Assembly: GCA_028279685.1 (NCBI GenBank)
Contig: JANQNG010000051.1
Coordinates: 9 to 64,008 of the forward strand
Length of the DNA stretch: 64,000 bases
Reading direction: 5' to 3'
Source: Candidatus Nanoarchaeia archaeon
GTDB taxonomy: Archaea; Nanobdellota; Nanobdellia; Woesearchaeales; SKIA01
Shown here: piece by piece, positions 27,638 to 38,840 of the stretch
Layout: the number at the start of each line of letters is the position of its first letter
Position numbering within the stretch: position 1 is the first letter of the stretch
The notes under the pieces: model-generated
The model's database searches: none
What the model was told of the DNA's origin: nothing
Seen by the model: only the letters and a program-made list of their open reading frames with translations
Translations under genes and position numbers: made by a program

Positions 27638-28441
27638 TCAGAAATTCCACGCACCAGTCTCAGTCACTTCTGCAACAATTTCATTAGCATCACCTTCATG
27701 AAGAAGTTCAATATCAATGTCACCAAAGTGTTGCTCTTGGTGCAAATCAATTCTCTGTTGGTTCGTTAGATGAAGTAATGGAATGAACGTAAATATCTTA
27801 TCTTCTTTTGAAGCATCCTCAGGAAGCAATTGATTGAAGCGAAGCATATCCTCGTTATTTTTATAATGTAACTGTATTTTATTGTAGATGTTCCTAATAG
27901 TCACTGAGATATCTCTCTTCTTCTCAGGAATCTTAACTTTCACCTCAGCAACTTGAAATCGATCACGTCGGGCACTCACTTCAATTGCTTTTTCTAAAGC
28001 ATTAATCAAATCATAAATGCTTACTTTTCTTTTTCTAGGCTGAGGTGTTCTCGGAATCAATTTCGGTTTCACTTTCACCTGATCAGAAAAGTCTCCAAGC
28101 TCATCAAAAGGTTCTTCAAAAAATTCTTCAAGTTCTTCCTCAGAAGTGTTAAGTAAATTATCAAATGCAAAGATGTCTTGTTCAAGTAATCGATCACTTT
28201 TAAGTTTAAGCAGAATTGCACAAGCCAGTACTACTTTTCCCGAAATTCTGAAATCCATTCCTTGCAATTTTTTCAGCATATCAACAAATTTATTTGAGAG
28301 CTGCACAAGATCAATATCCCATTCGTTCATCTCTTCACTTTTAACGAGATCAAGCAATAAGCTCTGCCACGTTATCTCATCTCCTTGAAAGAGAATGTCG
28401 AAAATCTGGTCATTGGGGTGTGCTGCTACAGAAGCCATCAT
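27638..28441 (-). CDS. scpA: Segregation/condensation protein A (kleisin)
   Basis: WDIDL, SGKVVLACAILLKLKS, RKVSIYDLINAL, FIPLLHL...QEQHFGDI. Confidence 0.92.
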   Translation of the reverse strand: MMASVAAHPNDQIFDILFQGDEITWQSLLLDLVKSEEMNEWDIDLVQLSNKFVDMLKKLQGMDFRISGKVVLACAILLKLKSDRLLEQDIFAFDNLLNTSEEELEEFFEEPFDELGDFSDQVKVKPKLIPRTPQPRKRKVSIYDLINALEKAIEVSARRDRFQVAEVKVKIPEKKRDISVTIRNIYNKIQLHYKNNEDMLRFNQLLPEDASKEDKIFTFIPLLHLTNQQRIDLHQEQHFGDIDIELLHEGDANEIVAEVTETGAWNF

Positions 28442-28606
28442 AAACGCCTTTTTTTAGTATACTAAAAAGTATATCAGTATATCTTATAGACGAGGAGTGA
28501 TTTATAAAGTTTATTATTCTGAAATCCCTAGTTGGGAATATATTATTTAGCTATGCCTAGATTTGACCATAATAACCTTTTTATACGTTATATCCTTGAT
28601 GCAGAC

Positions 28607-29131
28607 ATGAATCAAAATATTGAAGTGCTCAAAGGAGAACAGTGTCCTTTATGTCATAAGAACACATTGACTCTGACAGAATACGCTACTGAAGTTCCTC
28701 ATTTCGGTATAGTTCATGTCTTCGGTATGGATTGTGAAAACAAGGAATGCAATTATCACCTCCAAGACATAGAGCCTGAAACAGCGGGAAAAGCAACCAA
28801 ATATACAATTGAAATTAGTTCAGAAGAAGATATGAAAATCAGAGTTGTCAAATCATCAAAAGCTGTTGTGAAAATCCCTCATGTCACTACTATCGAACCA
28901 GGACCTGCATCTTCAGGGTACATCACTAATATTGAAGGAATCCTCAATAGAGTGAAAGTGCAGATTGAAAAAGCAAGAGACACGGAAGAGGATAATGCTA
29001 TCAAGAAAAAGGCCAAAGCATTGCTCAAGAAACTTCAAAAAGTGATGTGGGGACAGGATAAACTTAAAATCATCATTGAAGATCCAACAGGGAATTCTGC
29101 TATTGTTGCTGAGAAAGTGGAGAAAAAATAA
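28607..29131 (+). CDS. ZPR1 zinc-finger protein
   Basis: CPLC...EVPHFG, RVVKS, EPGPAS.GYITNIEG, IEDPTGNSAI. Confidence 0.93.
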   Translation: MNQNIEVLKGEQCPLCHKNTLTLTEYATEVPHFGIVHVFGMDCENKECNYHLQDIEPETAGKATKYTIEISSEEDMKIRVVKSSKAVVKIPHVTTIEPGPASSGYITNIEGILNRVKVQIEKARDTEEDNAIKKKAKALLKKLQKVMWGQDKLKIIIEDPTGNSAIVAEKVEKK

Positions 29132-29208
29132 ACTTACTCCAGTGTTAACTATTGGAGAATAGAAACTTTTATAAAATACCCGCAGCATACTTGTAATAGG
29201 GGGGTTAC

Positions 29209-29721
29209 ATGGCACATCCAAATCATCAAAATTTTCTATACGAAAAAGTCAAAACTTTGAAAAATATTGTGACCAATGAACGTGATCTGGCAACACTCGT
29301 TTCTTATGTGATTATTGATGCTCTTATTGATCATGATAAAACAGATAAAGAAAGAGAATCAAAAAGAAAACGACATACCGCAGAAGTGAGATATATATAC
29401 AAAGGATTAGATGATGTAATCGATACTGTGTCTGATGAAACATCTTGGAATACTGTTTGGCAGGAATGTAGAAAACGAGTCAACACAGTTGTTGAAGATT
29501 ATTTCAACAATAAACCTGTGCAATTCATTTCCGACAGCACATTAAAAGATATACTTTCACATCTCAAGAAAAAAACAAATTATGAAGAAAGCGTGATCAA
29601 TAAAGGACTTTATCTTCTTCACAATCTCAACACATCAGTCCATTATAGAGGAAGCGAACAAAAAGCATGGGACCACGACTATATCCTGCTTACTAAGTCA
29701 TTCCTCGAATCACAAACATAA
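29209..29721 (+). CDS. Hypothetical protein
   Basis: 170-aa ORF with a G-rich RBS, upstream of the PhoH gene. Confidence 0.7.
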   Translation: MAHPNHQNFLYEKVKTLKNIVTNERDLATLVSYVIIDALIDHDKTDKERESKRKRHTAEVRYIYKGLDDVIDTVSDETSWNTVWQECRKRVNTVVEDYFNNKPVQFISDSTLKDILSHLKKKTNYEESVINKGLYLLHNLNTSVHYRGSEQKAWDHDYILLTKSFLESQT

Positions 29722-29732
29722 GAGGAAGTACT

Positions 29733-31391
29733 ATGGACGGCAAATATCACGAAGTATTCATTCCATTCGACGATGTGCTCGAGAAAGGAGGTTCTCTCTT
29801 TCTCCAAGAATTAAGCCATAAAAAATACACTAACGAAGGAGAAGCGGAAAAGAAAAATCTCGTTATTCTCCCCATATCTTTTGTGGAAAAGATGGAGAGA
29901 GAACGGATTGATCAACCTGCATATGATGATATTTTACGATCTATAGATGCTATCATAGGACACCAAGAACAACCTCGTGAAAAAGTCAATATCTATGAAG
30001 TCAACACTGGTCTTGATCTGGCAATTCTCGATCATTGGAAACCCCGAAATAACCAAGAATCACTCGAAGACAAGAAATTCTATGAGATTCCGCAAAAAGA
30101 ATTCAAAATTTATAGATTGGAACGATTCATTCTCGATATCTTTGGAAAACAAATGGAACAAGATCATCCAACCATTCTCACTGGAAACTCTTTTTACAGA
30201 ATAAAACACAGAGGATCAAGAATAGAAAATCCTTCATTTCTTATGATAGATGCAAGTATTGTAGACAAAGGGCTTATTAAAGGAACTGACGAACTACTTC
30301 AACTACTGATAAAAACCAAAAAAAATAACGATAGTTTCTCATTAGAAAAAGCTAAAGAATTCTTTGACCATCATTTATATCTTAATCAGATAATTTATTT
30401 CACACCTCAAGACAAACCACATAAATTGTATGCGAAAGTCACTGGTGATTTATCATGGGATGATCAAAGACAAAAACTCAAAAAAGTTAAAAACAAAAGA
30501 CTCGAATTGATTTTGCCAACATTTGATCTGAAAAACCTATATAGACCTCTTCATACCAATAAACTTAGAGTGGGAGATCATATTATGCCATCATTCTTAG
30601 GCATCACCCCCAGAGATGATGAGCAGTATCTTGCAATGCAATGCGGCATAGCAAACCCTGATGTATCTATGCTATTCATCCCAGGAGGACAAGGTTCTGG
30701 AAAGACCATCCTCGCTATGACACTTATTGATCAGGTTTTGTGGTATAACTCAGAATATCGAAACAAAAGATTATGTCTACCTCCAAATACAAAAACAGAG
30801 AAAGGAGGAGTGTATAATAAACTCATTTTCTTCAAACCTACAGATATTATTGGTGGCAAACATAGAGATCTCGGGTTTCTCCCAGGAGATTTATTCGAAA
30901 AATTAGCATTTCATTTAGATAGCTATAGAGATGCATTTAAGCAAACATCTCTTGATGAAAAAATAGAGTTCGAGGACCTTTTCAAACATCCAAAAAGAAA
31001 AAACCAATTTTTTGAGAAAAGAGATGTTTCTGAAAAGATATTTGAACATTGCAACCTGAATCCTCATTCAGAACTTGTAGAACTCGTTTATTCAGCTTAT
31101 GTACGAGGACGAACATTTGAAAATACTATCATCGTTATTGATGAAGCCCAAAACTATACTCCTTATGAGATAAAAACTGTCGTCGAACGAGCTGGAAAGA
31201 ACTGTAAAATTGTTATCATAGGAGATCCTATGCAAAAAGATAATCCTAATCTTTCCATGGAATACAACGGTTTCACCTTTGCCATCAGTCATTTTCTGCC
31301 AAAAGATTACTCTATGCTCATTAAACTAGGGACAAATTACAGACATAGCATGTCTGAAGATGCAAAAGAAATGATTGCATTCTCATCATAA
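29733..31391 (+). CDS. phoH: PhoH-family ATPase with a degenerate PIN-like N-terminus
   Basis: GGQGSGKT, LGFLPG, RGRTF, IDEAQN, GDPMQKD. Confidence 0.88.
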   Translation: MDGKYHEVFIPFDDVLEKGGSLFLQELSHKKYTNEGEAEKKNLVILPISFVEKMERERIDQPAYDDILRSIDAIIGHQEQPREKVNIYEVNTGLDLAILDHWKPRNNQESLEDKKFYEIPQKEFKIYRLERFILDIFGKQMEQDHPTILTGNSFYRIKHRGSRIENPSFLMIDASIVDKGLIKGTDELLQLLIKTKKNNDSFSLEKAKEFFDHHLYLNQIIYFTPQDKPHKLYAKVTGDLSWDDQRQKLKKVKNKRLELILPTFDLKNLYRPLHTNKLRVGDHIMPSFLGITPRDDEQYLAMQCGIANPDVSMLFIPGGQGSGKTILAMTLIDQVLWYNSEYRNKRLCLPPNTKTEKGGVYNKLIFFKPTDIIGGKHRDLGFLPGDLFEKLAFHLDSYRDAFKQTSLDEKIEFEDLFKHPKRKNQFFEKRDVSEKIFEHCNLNPHSELVELVYSAYVRGRTFENTIIVIDEAQNYTPYEIKTVVERAGKNCKIVIIGDPMQKDNPNLSMEYNGFTFAISHFLPKDYSMLIKLGTNYRHSMSEDAKEMIAFSS

Positions 31392-32321
31392 CCAGTTCAT
31401 CTTCTTAAAAATAGCAATCATAATAACAGAAAGTATGATGAAAAATCCTATGAAGAACCAAAAGCTTATCTGATCATTACCTCCAGGAAGAGGAATATTC
31501 ATACCATAAAAACCAGTAATCATTGTTAGTGTCATCATAATAGTTGCTACCACCGTCAATGTCTGCATCACCTGGTTCATCTTTGATGAGGAAATAGAAA
31601 GTCGTTCATTCACCGTTGTAGCAATCTGATCATTACAGTTCGTCAAAATATCATTAATTCTCGCGACATGATCATGGACATCTCTAAAATAAAGATTCAA
31701 CTCATTTCTGATAAAATTATCCGATGGCTTTGTAAGACGGGAGACAACATCCAAAGTAGGATTTATTGTTTTCTTTAGATCAATCACTTTTCTCTTTTCT
31801 TTGAACATCTTGTTGATATTCTGTTCAGTAGGATTCCTATAGATGGAAACATCTATTTTTCCAATAGTATCATAAAGACGCTCTACCAATGGAAAGTAAA
31901 GATCAATCTCATGATCGAGGATTGCATGAAGAATGTAATCAACTCCTTTCTGTACTAATGAAGAGAGTTTATCTCCGTTAATCTTAAGACTATTGATCGT
32001 TTCCACTTCATATTTGTGTATGGTGATCAGCATACGATCCCCTATAATAAAAAAAATCACATCATCACTATGATGATAACGATGTTCTTCACAGACTTTA
32101 TGCACAATTAACGTATAATGTCCAAACTCCTCATATTTGATGCGAGTCTCTTTGCTTTTAATATCTTCAACCGTTAAGGGATGTAATTTTGCCAATGCCG
32201 TTATTCTATGAATATCCTCATCACTTGGTTCTTTACAATCTATCCAAAGCGTCTCACTCGTATGGAGTTCTTCAGGGAGAAGCCGTACCAGTGAGTCTCT
32301 ATAGACAAATCCCTCAATCAT
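31386..32321 (-). CDS. corA: Mg/Co transporter CorA
   Basis: LHPLTVED, YFRDVHDH, GFYGMN. Confidence 0.95.
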   Translation of the reverse strand: MIEGFVYRDSLVRLLPEELHTSETLWIDCKEPSDEDIHRITALAKLHPLTVEDIKSKETRIKYEEFGHYTLIVHKVCEEHRYHHSDDVIFFIIGDRMLITIHKYEVETINSLKINGDKLSSLVQKGVDYILHAILDHEIDLYFPLVERLYDTIGKIDVSIYRNPTEQNINKMFKEKRKVIDLKKTINPTLDVVSRLTKPSDNFIRNELNLYFRDVHDHVARINDILTNCNDQIATTVNERLSISSSKMNQVMQTLTVVATIMMTLTMITGFYGMNIPLPGGNDQISFWFFIGFFIILSVIMIAIFKKMNWL

Positions 32322-32369
32322 AAAGCACCTCTTTTGAATAATTAAAGAAAAGGATTTATTTAAAAGTAT

Positions 32370-33053
32370 CTATTGAATGATCCCTAATAAATCATAGCTC
32401 AACCTATCAGCAACCTGCATCGCGTGTTCTCCATCGATAACATTAAGAACGACACAATCACCCTGGAGCTGAATGTAATCAATCGATGATGGCTTAAAAT
32501 ACACAACAAGATTATCTTGGGTTGCATCTTCGCAAGTAAATGGATCATCATAAATTCCTCCTGAAGTATTGATATTCAATACACCATAGCGATCACCGAG
32601 CATTCTTGAAATATCAGTTGCTGCAAGAACATATTGCGCTGGTAGATCTTTCTCTACAAGAACTTTTGCCGTACCTGATTTGTTGTGGTAAATGAGTCGC
32701 TCTCTGACATTGTCATCAAGTACAATGTGCTCAACATCCAGAGGACTATTCCTAAATGGGATCACATATGCTTGGTTATTAATGTATACTTTCCCAAACC
32801 AGCACAGAGTATCTTTGGTGTAAGGACATTTTCCTTTCACGAATTCGAATCCATTATAGGTAAGCCTATCATCAATCCCTCTAAAGGTATCTATAATTTT
32901 CCCTGAGAATAAGATACCAATAACAACAACACATATCCCTGCGATAATAATAATTGAGGCAAAGATTGATCTTTTCTCTTTTTGCTTATGCTCTTCAGAA
33001 TCTTCAGTAATCTCTTCCTGTTCTTCTTTTTTTGCTAATTTCTTATTAGTCAT
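32370..33053 (-). CDS. Single-TM hypothetical protein
   Basis: N-terminal TM helix, YNGFEF; loosely similar to the neighbouring ORF. Confidence 0.75.
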   Translation of the reverse strand: MTNKKLAKKEEQEEITEDSEEHKQKEKRSIFASIIIIAGICVVVIGILFSGKIIDTFRGIDDRLTYNGFEFVKGKCPYTKDTLCWFGKVYINNQAYVIPFRNSPLDVEHIVLDDNVRERLIYHNKSGTAKVLVEKDLPAQYVLAATDISRMLGDRYGVLNINTSGGIYDDPFTCEDATQDNLVVYFKPSSIDYIQLQGDCVVLNVIDGEHAMQVADRLSYDLLGIIQ

Positions 33054-33633
33054 TGATTACACCATAAAGCCGATAGAGTAACGTATCTCTCAAATAGAAA
33101 TAATCATTTCCAGATCCTTTCATCAAAATACAATAGCCATCTATAGCAATTTCTGTTTCATTGCTACGGACAAATTTGATAATAGGTGTTTGAGGAGATG
33201 CCTGACTACAGTCATGTATCGGTAAAGTATACTTTGTAGTATTTTTTGTAACTGCACTTTGTGTATGTTTTGGAAATGATGTTGTGAAATCAAACCTTAT
33301 GACATCAATGCTTTCAGCATCAGGATCCTCTGGATCAAATAAAAGCACTACAAACTGTGCATTGTTAATGATAATGTTAGTGGAAGAGAGATAGGGTATG
33401 CTCAATATATCTTGAGGAAGCGTATAGAAACTCAAACTCATGTCATTGATACGTGTTTCCCATAATCCTGCTTGATTAAATGAAAACTTATATTTTTCGT
33501 ATTTTACTATGTTTGGATTACTCTGATCGTAACCAAGGAATCCTGCAATACTCGTAACCATCAGAAAGATAATCACTGCTGTGATCACCAGTTGAACTTT
33601 TTTTTGCCTCTTCATTTCTGCTTTTGAAACCAT
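33046..33633 (-). CDS. Single-TM hypothetical protein
   Basis: IIFLMVTSIAGF anchor; overlaps the downstream gene. Confidence 0.75.
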   Translation of the reverse strand: MVSKAEMKRQKKVQLVITAVIIFLMVTSIAGFLGYDQSNPNIVKYEKYKFSFNQAGLWETRINDMSLSFYTLPQDILSIPYLSSTNIIINNAQFVVLLFDPEDPDAESIDVIRFDFTTSFPKHTQSAVTKNTTKYTLPIHDCSQASPQTPIIKFVRSNETEIAIDGYCILMKGSGNDYFYLRDTLLYRLYGVIND

Positions 33634-33748
33634 TACGCAAGCTAATCTTGAAGGTTTAATAAAACTTGTGCTCCTTGAAATCCAAAAGATTTAAATAGAA
33701 CAGCATACACAGAACGTATAGAATTATGACTGTCCAGTAGGTGTCTAA

Positions 33749-34720
33749 ATGGGTACTTGGGATTTGAAAAAGAAACAAGAACAACTTGATGATGTAGGAA
33801 GGTTAGCGAAAACATTGCGTTCTGCAGGATTTGCTATGTCTGAATCTGAAGCAAAGCGCATGGCAGAAAATATGATTGCCACAGAGAAGCGTATTACGAA
33901 AGAATATGCAGAACAACATAGCTCAACAGAAGTGCCTAAGAAAGAGGCTGCAGAAGAGCAACCCATAAAGAGAGATCCTCTTGATATCCGAATAGACGCT
34001 GAAACTGAGTATGCTGAAGAGCATACTGCTTCAGGAGTAAATAGTGTTGTTGAAGAAGAAAGCACAGCAACAATGATAGATATTCCAACACCACAAACAG
34101 AAGGCCTCGAAATTGCAAAAGAAGTTGAAGAACCAAAAACAGAAGGAGATATAAAACCTCTTGTGCTTGATCAAGATGAATCTTTTGAAGAACCTGCTGA
34201 TGAAGAAATTACTCTTGATGATGTTGATAAAGGAGAAAGTGTCCCTGATCTTGCAATGGAAGAATTCACGAAAGTTGAGAATGAAGAAATAGAACCTGTT
34301 GCAGAGGATCCTGCAGTCGAAGAGCTTACTAAAGAAGATTCATTGGAAGCACCAGAAACATCTAATGATATTCCTCCTGAACTAAAAGAAGCGGCAATGG
34401 AAGCGCCTCCTGAAGATGATTTTCTAGGAAGCGATGCAACACTTAGTGAGCTGATGGCTGAAGAAGAAAGCAAAGCACCTGCAGAAGAAACACATGCTAT
34501 CACGGAAGAACTCTCCGAGCCAATACCAGAGACTCCTGAAGAAGATATTGCTATGGATATTGAAGAACCTTCTGCTGATGACTTACTTGCAGAGGAATTC
34601 AAAGATGCACCCGAAAAAACAACCGAAGTGACTGATATGCCCAAAACAGGAGATATCGATACCTCTGAAGAGGAAAAGATCGACATCACTGATATGTTTA
34701 ACTTCAAAAAGAAGGGATAA
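33749..34720 (+). CDS. Acidic low-complexity protein
   Basis: Folded-looking N-terminus, Glu/Asp/Pro-rich body, terminal IDITDMFNF. Confidence 0.8.
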   Translation: MGTWDLKKKQEQLDDVGRLAKTLRSAGFAMSESEAKRMAENMIATEKRITKEYAEQHSSTEVPKKEAAEEQPIKRDPLDIRIDAETEYAEEHTASGVNSVVEEESTATMIDIPTPQTEGLEIAKEVEEPKTEGDIKPLVLDQDESFEEPADEEITLDDVDKGESVPDLAMEEFTKVENEEIEPVAEDPAVEELTKEDSLEAPETSNDIPPELKEAAMEAPPEDDFLGSDATLSELMAEEESKAPAEETHAITEELSEPIPETPEEDIAMDIEEPSADDLLAEEFKDAPEKTTEVTDMPKTGDIDTSEEEKIDITDMFNFKKKG

Positions 34721-34768
34721 TTACTATTAAGTAGAAACATTTATATACGGGTTATTCTTTTCCACCGT

Positions 34769-35812
34769 ATGGGAATCGGCCTAAAAACTATCGCTACAGC
34801 AGGAGTATTATTCGGATTCTTTTCTTGCTACAAATTTGTTGATAATATAGCTACAGCATTGAACATTGACAAGAAAATTGGTAAAGTTGTAGAACTCGCA
34901 GGCGCAACAACAACTATTGGTGCAGTTGAAAATGACATGATGTCAATGGAAAGTCTTTTAAGAGAAGCCGTAGATAACGCCAAAGAACGAAAAGGAGAGA
35001 ATAGTGCTATCTGGTATAAAAGCGATGTCTTTGAGATTGACAGACTCATCGAAGTCTTAGAAGTCGCCAAACAGCACGCATATGAAGTCGGTATTCTTGA
35101 TCACGCATACACTGATGGTTATTTGGCCGATGATGCACCAGAATGGATCCGCATCACCTATGACAACTGTGTTCCTGCTGAAGATATTCCTCTTAACTAT
35201 CACAGGTTATTCTCAAGTGAATTAGGTGCAATCACAACTGTTGTGTATGAAACATTGAACGACGCTGTTTCAGGAGATGCCCAACCTAGTGACGACAGAG
35301 GAACAACAAATATGGCACTCGTCAGCATTATGGAAAGAGCTGCAGATAAAGCCTGGTGGAATCCTATCGATACAGACTATATTCCTATGTGTAATGCATG
35401 GGGCAATACGTATTTCGCACTAATATACTCAAACATGGGTAAACTTGACAAGGCTATTGAACTACTTGAGGATTCAAAAAATATTCTAGACCAATACCCT
35501 GACGATACGGACCTTGCCATTGTTTGTAATGGCATAAAAACATTGACTATCGGTGATTTGAAAAAATCTGTTGGCAGCGGCATTTATGAATTTAAGAAAC
35601 TTAATGAAATGCCAGATGACAAAAAGTATACTCAAGGATGGTGGGGACAGATACAAAAGAAATCTGAATCTCTAGGAGCAAGTGATGTCTTCATAGGAGA
35701 TCTGATCAATGGTCACGAAGGAAGATATGAAACCTCGTCAATACTTTGGTTGCTTTCAGCTCTTGCCTCATTCGGTTTAGCTTTTGGCGTCTCAAGAAAC
35801 TATTATTTCTAA
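34769..35812 (+). CDS. Membrane-anchored hypothetical protein with a TPR-like helix
   Basis: N- and C-terminal hydrophobic segments; ALIYSNMGKLDKAIELL. Confidence 0.7.
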   Translation: MGIGLKTIATAGVLFGFFSCYKFVDNIATALNIDKKIGKVVELAGATTTIGAVENDMMSMESLLREAVDNAKERKGENSAIWYKSDVFEIDRLIEVLEVAKQHAYEVGILDHAYTDGYLADDAPEWIRITYDNCVPAEDIPLNYHRLFSSELGAITTVVYETLNDAVSGDAQPSDDRGTTNMALVSIMERAADKAWWNPIDTDYIPMCNAWGNTYFALIYSNMGKLDKAIELLEDSKNILDQYPDDTDLAIVCNGIKTLTIGDLKKSVGSGIYEFKKLNEMPDDKKYTQGWWGQIQKKSESLGASDVFIGDLINGHEGRYETSSILWLLSALASFGLAFGVSRNYYF

Positions 35813-35853
35813 GCAACATATACATTTTTAAATCATGCATCTCTTTAGTTCCT

Positions 35854-36432
35854 ATGACTTTCGACACAGATAAGAAGAAAGTTTTAGCCAAACTCTACAA
35901 ACCAGATAAATCTAAAAAAGGAGATGTCGATATACAAATTGATTATCTTATTGATGCTATCAACGAAGACAAAGATCTCTATACAACATCTAGCTGCGCT
36001 GGAAGAATTGTGCTGCTAAAAGATCCTGAGTCTGGAAAGAAACATGAAGCAGAATGGCCATTTTCGAGCCATGATGAAATTACCTATGAACAACTTATTC
36101 CAGCACTCAATGCTCTTCCAGAAGAAACGTTATGGTTCAGAATGGAAGCTGTGATCCTCCATGTTTGTGCAAGAACAATAGAAGCTGCACAATCTTTTCT
36201 TGATAAAGCAAGAAGTGTCGGTCTTAAACGTGCAGGTATCTTTGCTACTCAGAACAAAATTATGCTCGAGGTTGTGGCTGTAGAAAGAATTGACACACCT
36301 ATTGCAGAAAATGGAAATTTACTCATAGATACATCATATCTAAAAGTTCTTGCACATTATGCAAACAATAAATTAAGAGAAACAAGAAAAAGAGCCAAAC
36401 GGCTTCATGCATTGCTTATAAGAGATGTTTAA
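35854..36432 (+). CDS. taw3: tRNA wybutosine methyltransferase TYW3/Taw3
   Basis: DKSKKGDVD, YTTSSCAGRI, ILHV. Confidence 0.93.
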   Translation: MTFDTDKKKVLAKLYKPDKSKKGDVDIQIDYLIDAINEDKDLYTTSSCAGRIVLLKDPESGKKHEAEWPFSSHDEITYEQLIPALNALPEETLWFRMEAVILHVCARTIEAAQSFLDKARSVGLKRAGIFATQNKIMLEVVAVERIDTPIAENGNLLIDTSYLKVLAHYANNKLRETRKRAKRLHALLIRDV

Positions 36433-36898
36433 TAGCAAGATAAATAATAGCAGCGATAAGAATAACAATCACAACAATCATCAACACAATGCTTGTTATC
36501 TGACCTGCATAATAATTCGTCTTTGCCTCTTTTCCATAGACAACCTGACTATACGGCTTGTAATCAAACGTTTCCTGTTGAGGTTGCTCTTCAAAGAGTT
36601 GATCACCATTATCAGAAAAACTGACTTCTGGAACGGGATAGTCTCCCACAGGATTAACAATCACAGCCATATCACCATATACTCCTATCTGCTCTGCAGG
36701 ATACTGAGGCTGTTGTATATCGTAATAAGGATAGTCCATCTCAAATCCAAGATTTGCATAGTATGCTTCCATTGCCTGTTGGTTTCTCCAAGCTAGGCTT
36801 AGTTCTCCAGGACCCGCAGGTCTTGATGCACTTACTAATGAAGCAATCAAAAGAATGCCGAGTAAAATCAACATAAGTTTTCTCATAATAACCACCAT
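36416..36898 (-). CDS. Secreted protein with C-terminal membrane anchor
   Basis: Signal peptide plus C-terminal TM helix. Confidence 0.75.
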   Translation of the reverse strand: MVVIMRKLMLILLGILLIASLVSASRPAGPGELSLAWRNQQAMEAYYANLGFEMDYPYYDIQQPQYPAEQIGVYGDMAVIVNPVGDYPVPEVSFSDNGDQLFEEQPQQETFDYKPYSQVVYGKEAKTNYYAGQITSIVLMIVVIVILIAAIIYLAIKHLL

Positions 36899-36979
36899 AA
36901 GTTGTTACTTTTGAGTAAATATACTCTATATATAAATATTATGATAATACAAAATATATATTGTAGAATACTTTATTCA

Positions 36980-38188
36980 TTATTTACCCATATTCCTACC
37001 ACAAATTGGACAGAAAGCAAAATGAAGTAAGACTCTGCTGAACTCTCTCTGAAGATTGGGACGCCTATATCTGGCAAAATAACCTGACCAGTTCAAGACT
37101 GTTTCAGAAAGGTATGAATGCATGATTTGCGTCAATGCATGAAGATTATGTGTTCTCGGATGCCTAAGCAAAAACTTCTTTATCATCCCTTTCTTATCCA
37201 TCTCAAGACGTATCATCATTGTCCCTTCCAAAAGCTCCACAAAAGAGATCGCAGAACCTTGAATAGTCTTTAATTGAAACGTGTTCTTTTTCTCAACAGA
37301 AAGAAGTGCAGCCATCTGCTTTCCACTCTCAGTCCATTGCAGCAATTCAATAGCCATACACGATATCCCTGAAAATATATTATGTTCTTTCTCTTTCATA
37401 TATTTGAGGAAAAATTTCTCTGCGCCACTATCAAGAATCTTTGCATTGTTGAATATTCTTGCTCTTGCTCCTGAGAGAATTCCTTTCTTTGTTGGATATC
37501 GTTCAATTGCTTGCTGTTTTAATGTCAATTGATGTCCAAGCAACACATATTCCTCTATCCGTTTTACACTAAGCAATTCATTCTTGAAATCAAATTTTGT
37601 TCCTTCAATATCAACAAAGTATTTTGCTGTTTTTTCAACAGCAACGAGTAATTCGTTAAAAAGCGTTCTCAATTTTTCAATATCTTCATCAGTAATCTCA
37701 AGATGAACGCCATGTATCAAAAACAGTGGATACGAAGAATGTCCTCCAAGAAGAGAGAGTATCTCATTACAACGCTCAATAATAAAAAATGCTTGCTGAA
37801 CCTCTTTTCTATACTTTTTCAAGTAATTTTTCGGCGTTATTTTGTTGAAGAACGGGGCAGCAGAGAAGTAAAGATATCTTGTACAGTTTCTAATATGTTC
37901 CGCTGCAAGCAATAACTTCCTTATGCGATGTTGATTCTCACTGATCTCTGTCTTGCAAATTTTCTCAACACCATCTAAGCAACAAAGCACATAGCTGAAA
38001 GATTCATGACTGCATATTCTACTGATCATATTAAGCATTTCATTATAATGTACTCCTTCCATTGCAAAGTGTGTATCTTCAGTCTGAACAATGGCAAGCT
38101 TCTGTATATTTCCTTTTACAACATCAAGATCAAGTATGTGTTGCCTTCCTATTCGTATTTTTTTTTTCAGTGACGTTTTCTCAACCAT
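36980..38188 (-). CDS. Group 3b NiFe-hydrogenase large (alpha) subunit homolog with degenerate Ni-binding motifs
   Basis: SRICSHE in place of RxCGxC; GARAR; FCPICG in place of DPCxxCxxH; operon order beta-gamma-delta-alpha. Confidence 0.8.
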   Translation of the reverse strand: MVEKTSLKKKIRIGRQHILDLDVVKGNIQKLAIVQTEDTHFAMEGVHYNEMLNMISRICSHESFSYVLCCLDGVEKICKTEISENQHRIRKLLLAAEHIRNCTRYLYFSAAPFFNKITPKNYLKKYRKEVQQAFFIIERCNEILSLLGGHSSYPLFLIHGVHLEITDEDIEKLRTLFNELLVAVEKTAKYFVDIEGTKFDFKNELLSVKRIEEYVLLGHQLTLKQQAIERYPTKKGILSGARARIFNNAKILDSGAEKFFLKYMKEKEHNIFSGISCMAIELLQWTESGKQMAALLSVEKKNTFQLKTIQGSAISFVELLEGTMMIRLEMDKKGMIKKFLLRHPRTHNLHALTQIMHSYLSETVLNWSGYFARYRRPNLQREFSRVLLHFAFCPICGRNMGK

Positions 38189-38840
38189 TATTCAACACCG
38201 CAAAAGTCTTAAGCGCCTCCTCTATCGCTGTTATATCTTCTTTTTCCGTGAGACACTGCGTAAACGCTTTTAGATTCATTCCTTTTACTGGTCCTCTACA
38301 TCCCGTACAGACTATTCCTTTAGCAGGACAGAGCGCTTCACAACCTCCTAATGTTGCAGAACCAATGCAAGGCAAACCTTTCATGAGCAAACAATCATAT
38401 TCACGCAAGGTACATTGATAACAGACAGGCTTCTTATAGATCAAAGGCGTTTTTCCTTTCTTCAGACAAGCAATAACATCAAGTATTTCTTCTCCCAAAA
38501 CAGGATGTCCTGGAAGCGCAACAGAAACAGGAACAGAAACTGAAATAGCTTGACTTTTGTTCTTCTGTTGTTTTGGAGGAACAAATCCGAAACAAGCTTC
38601 ACTTCCCAGTGCAACAATATGTTTCGCTTTTCCAACATACTTTTTGAGAATTCTCTTCTGATCTTCACACATCAACGCTCCTTCGACAAAAGCAACATCA
38701 ACTTCTTTAGGTTCTTCCTGTATCATTGGGAAAACCTCTAATGAACACATCGCGTCAAGTTTCTTAAACATCTCACTGTTGTAAAATAATGCAGTAGTAG
38801 AACAGCCATCAGATTCCAGTAGAAAGAAACCGACTTTCAT
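38181..38840 (-). CDS. Group 3b hydrogenase small (delta) subunit homolog
   Basis: VDVAFVEG, PVCYQC, PCIG...GC.ALCP, CTGCRGP; proximal-cluster Cys partly lost. Confidence 0.85.
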   Translation of the reverse strand: MKVGFFLLESDGCSTTALFYNSEMFKKLDAMCSLEVFPMIQEEPKEVDVAFVEGALMCEDQKRILKKYVGKAKHIVALGSEACFGFVPPKQQKNKSQAISVSVPVSVALPGHPVLGEEILDVIACLKKGKTPLIYKKPVCYQCTLREYDCLLMKGLPCIGSATLGGCEALCPAKGIVCTGCRGPVKGMNLKAFTQCLTEKEDITAIEEALKTFAVLNNG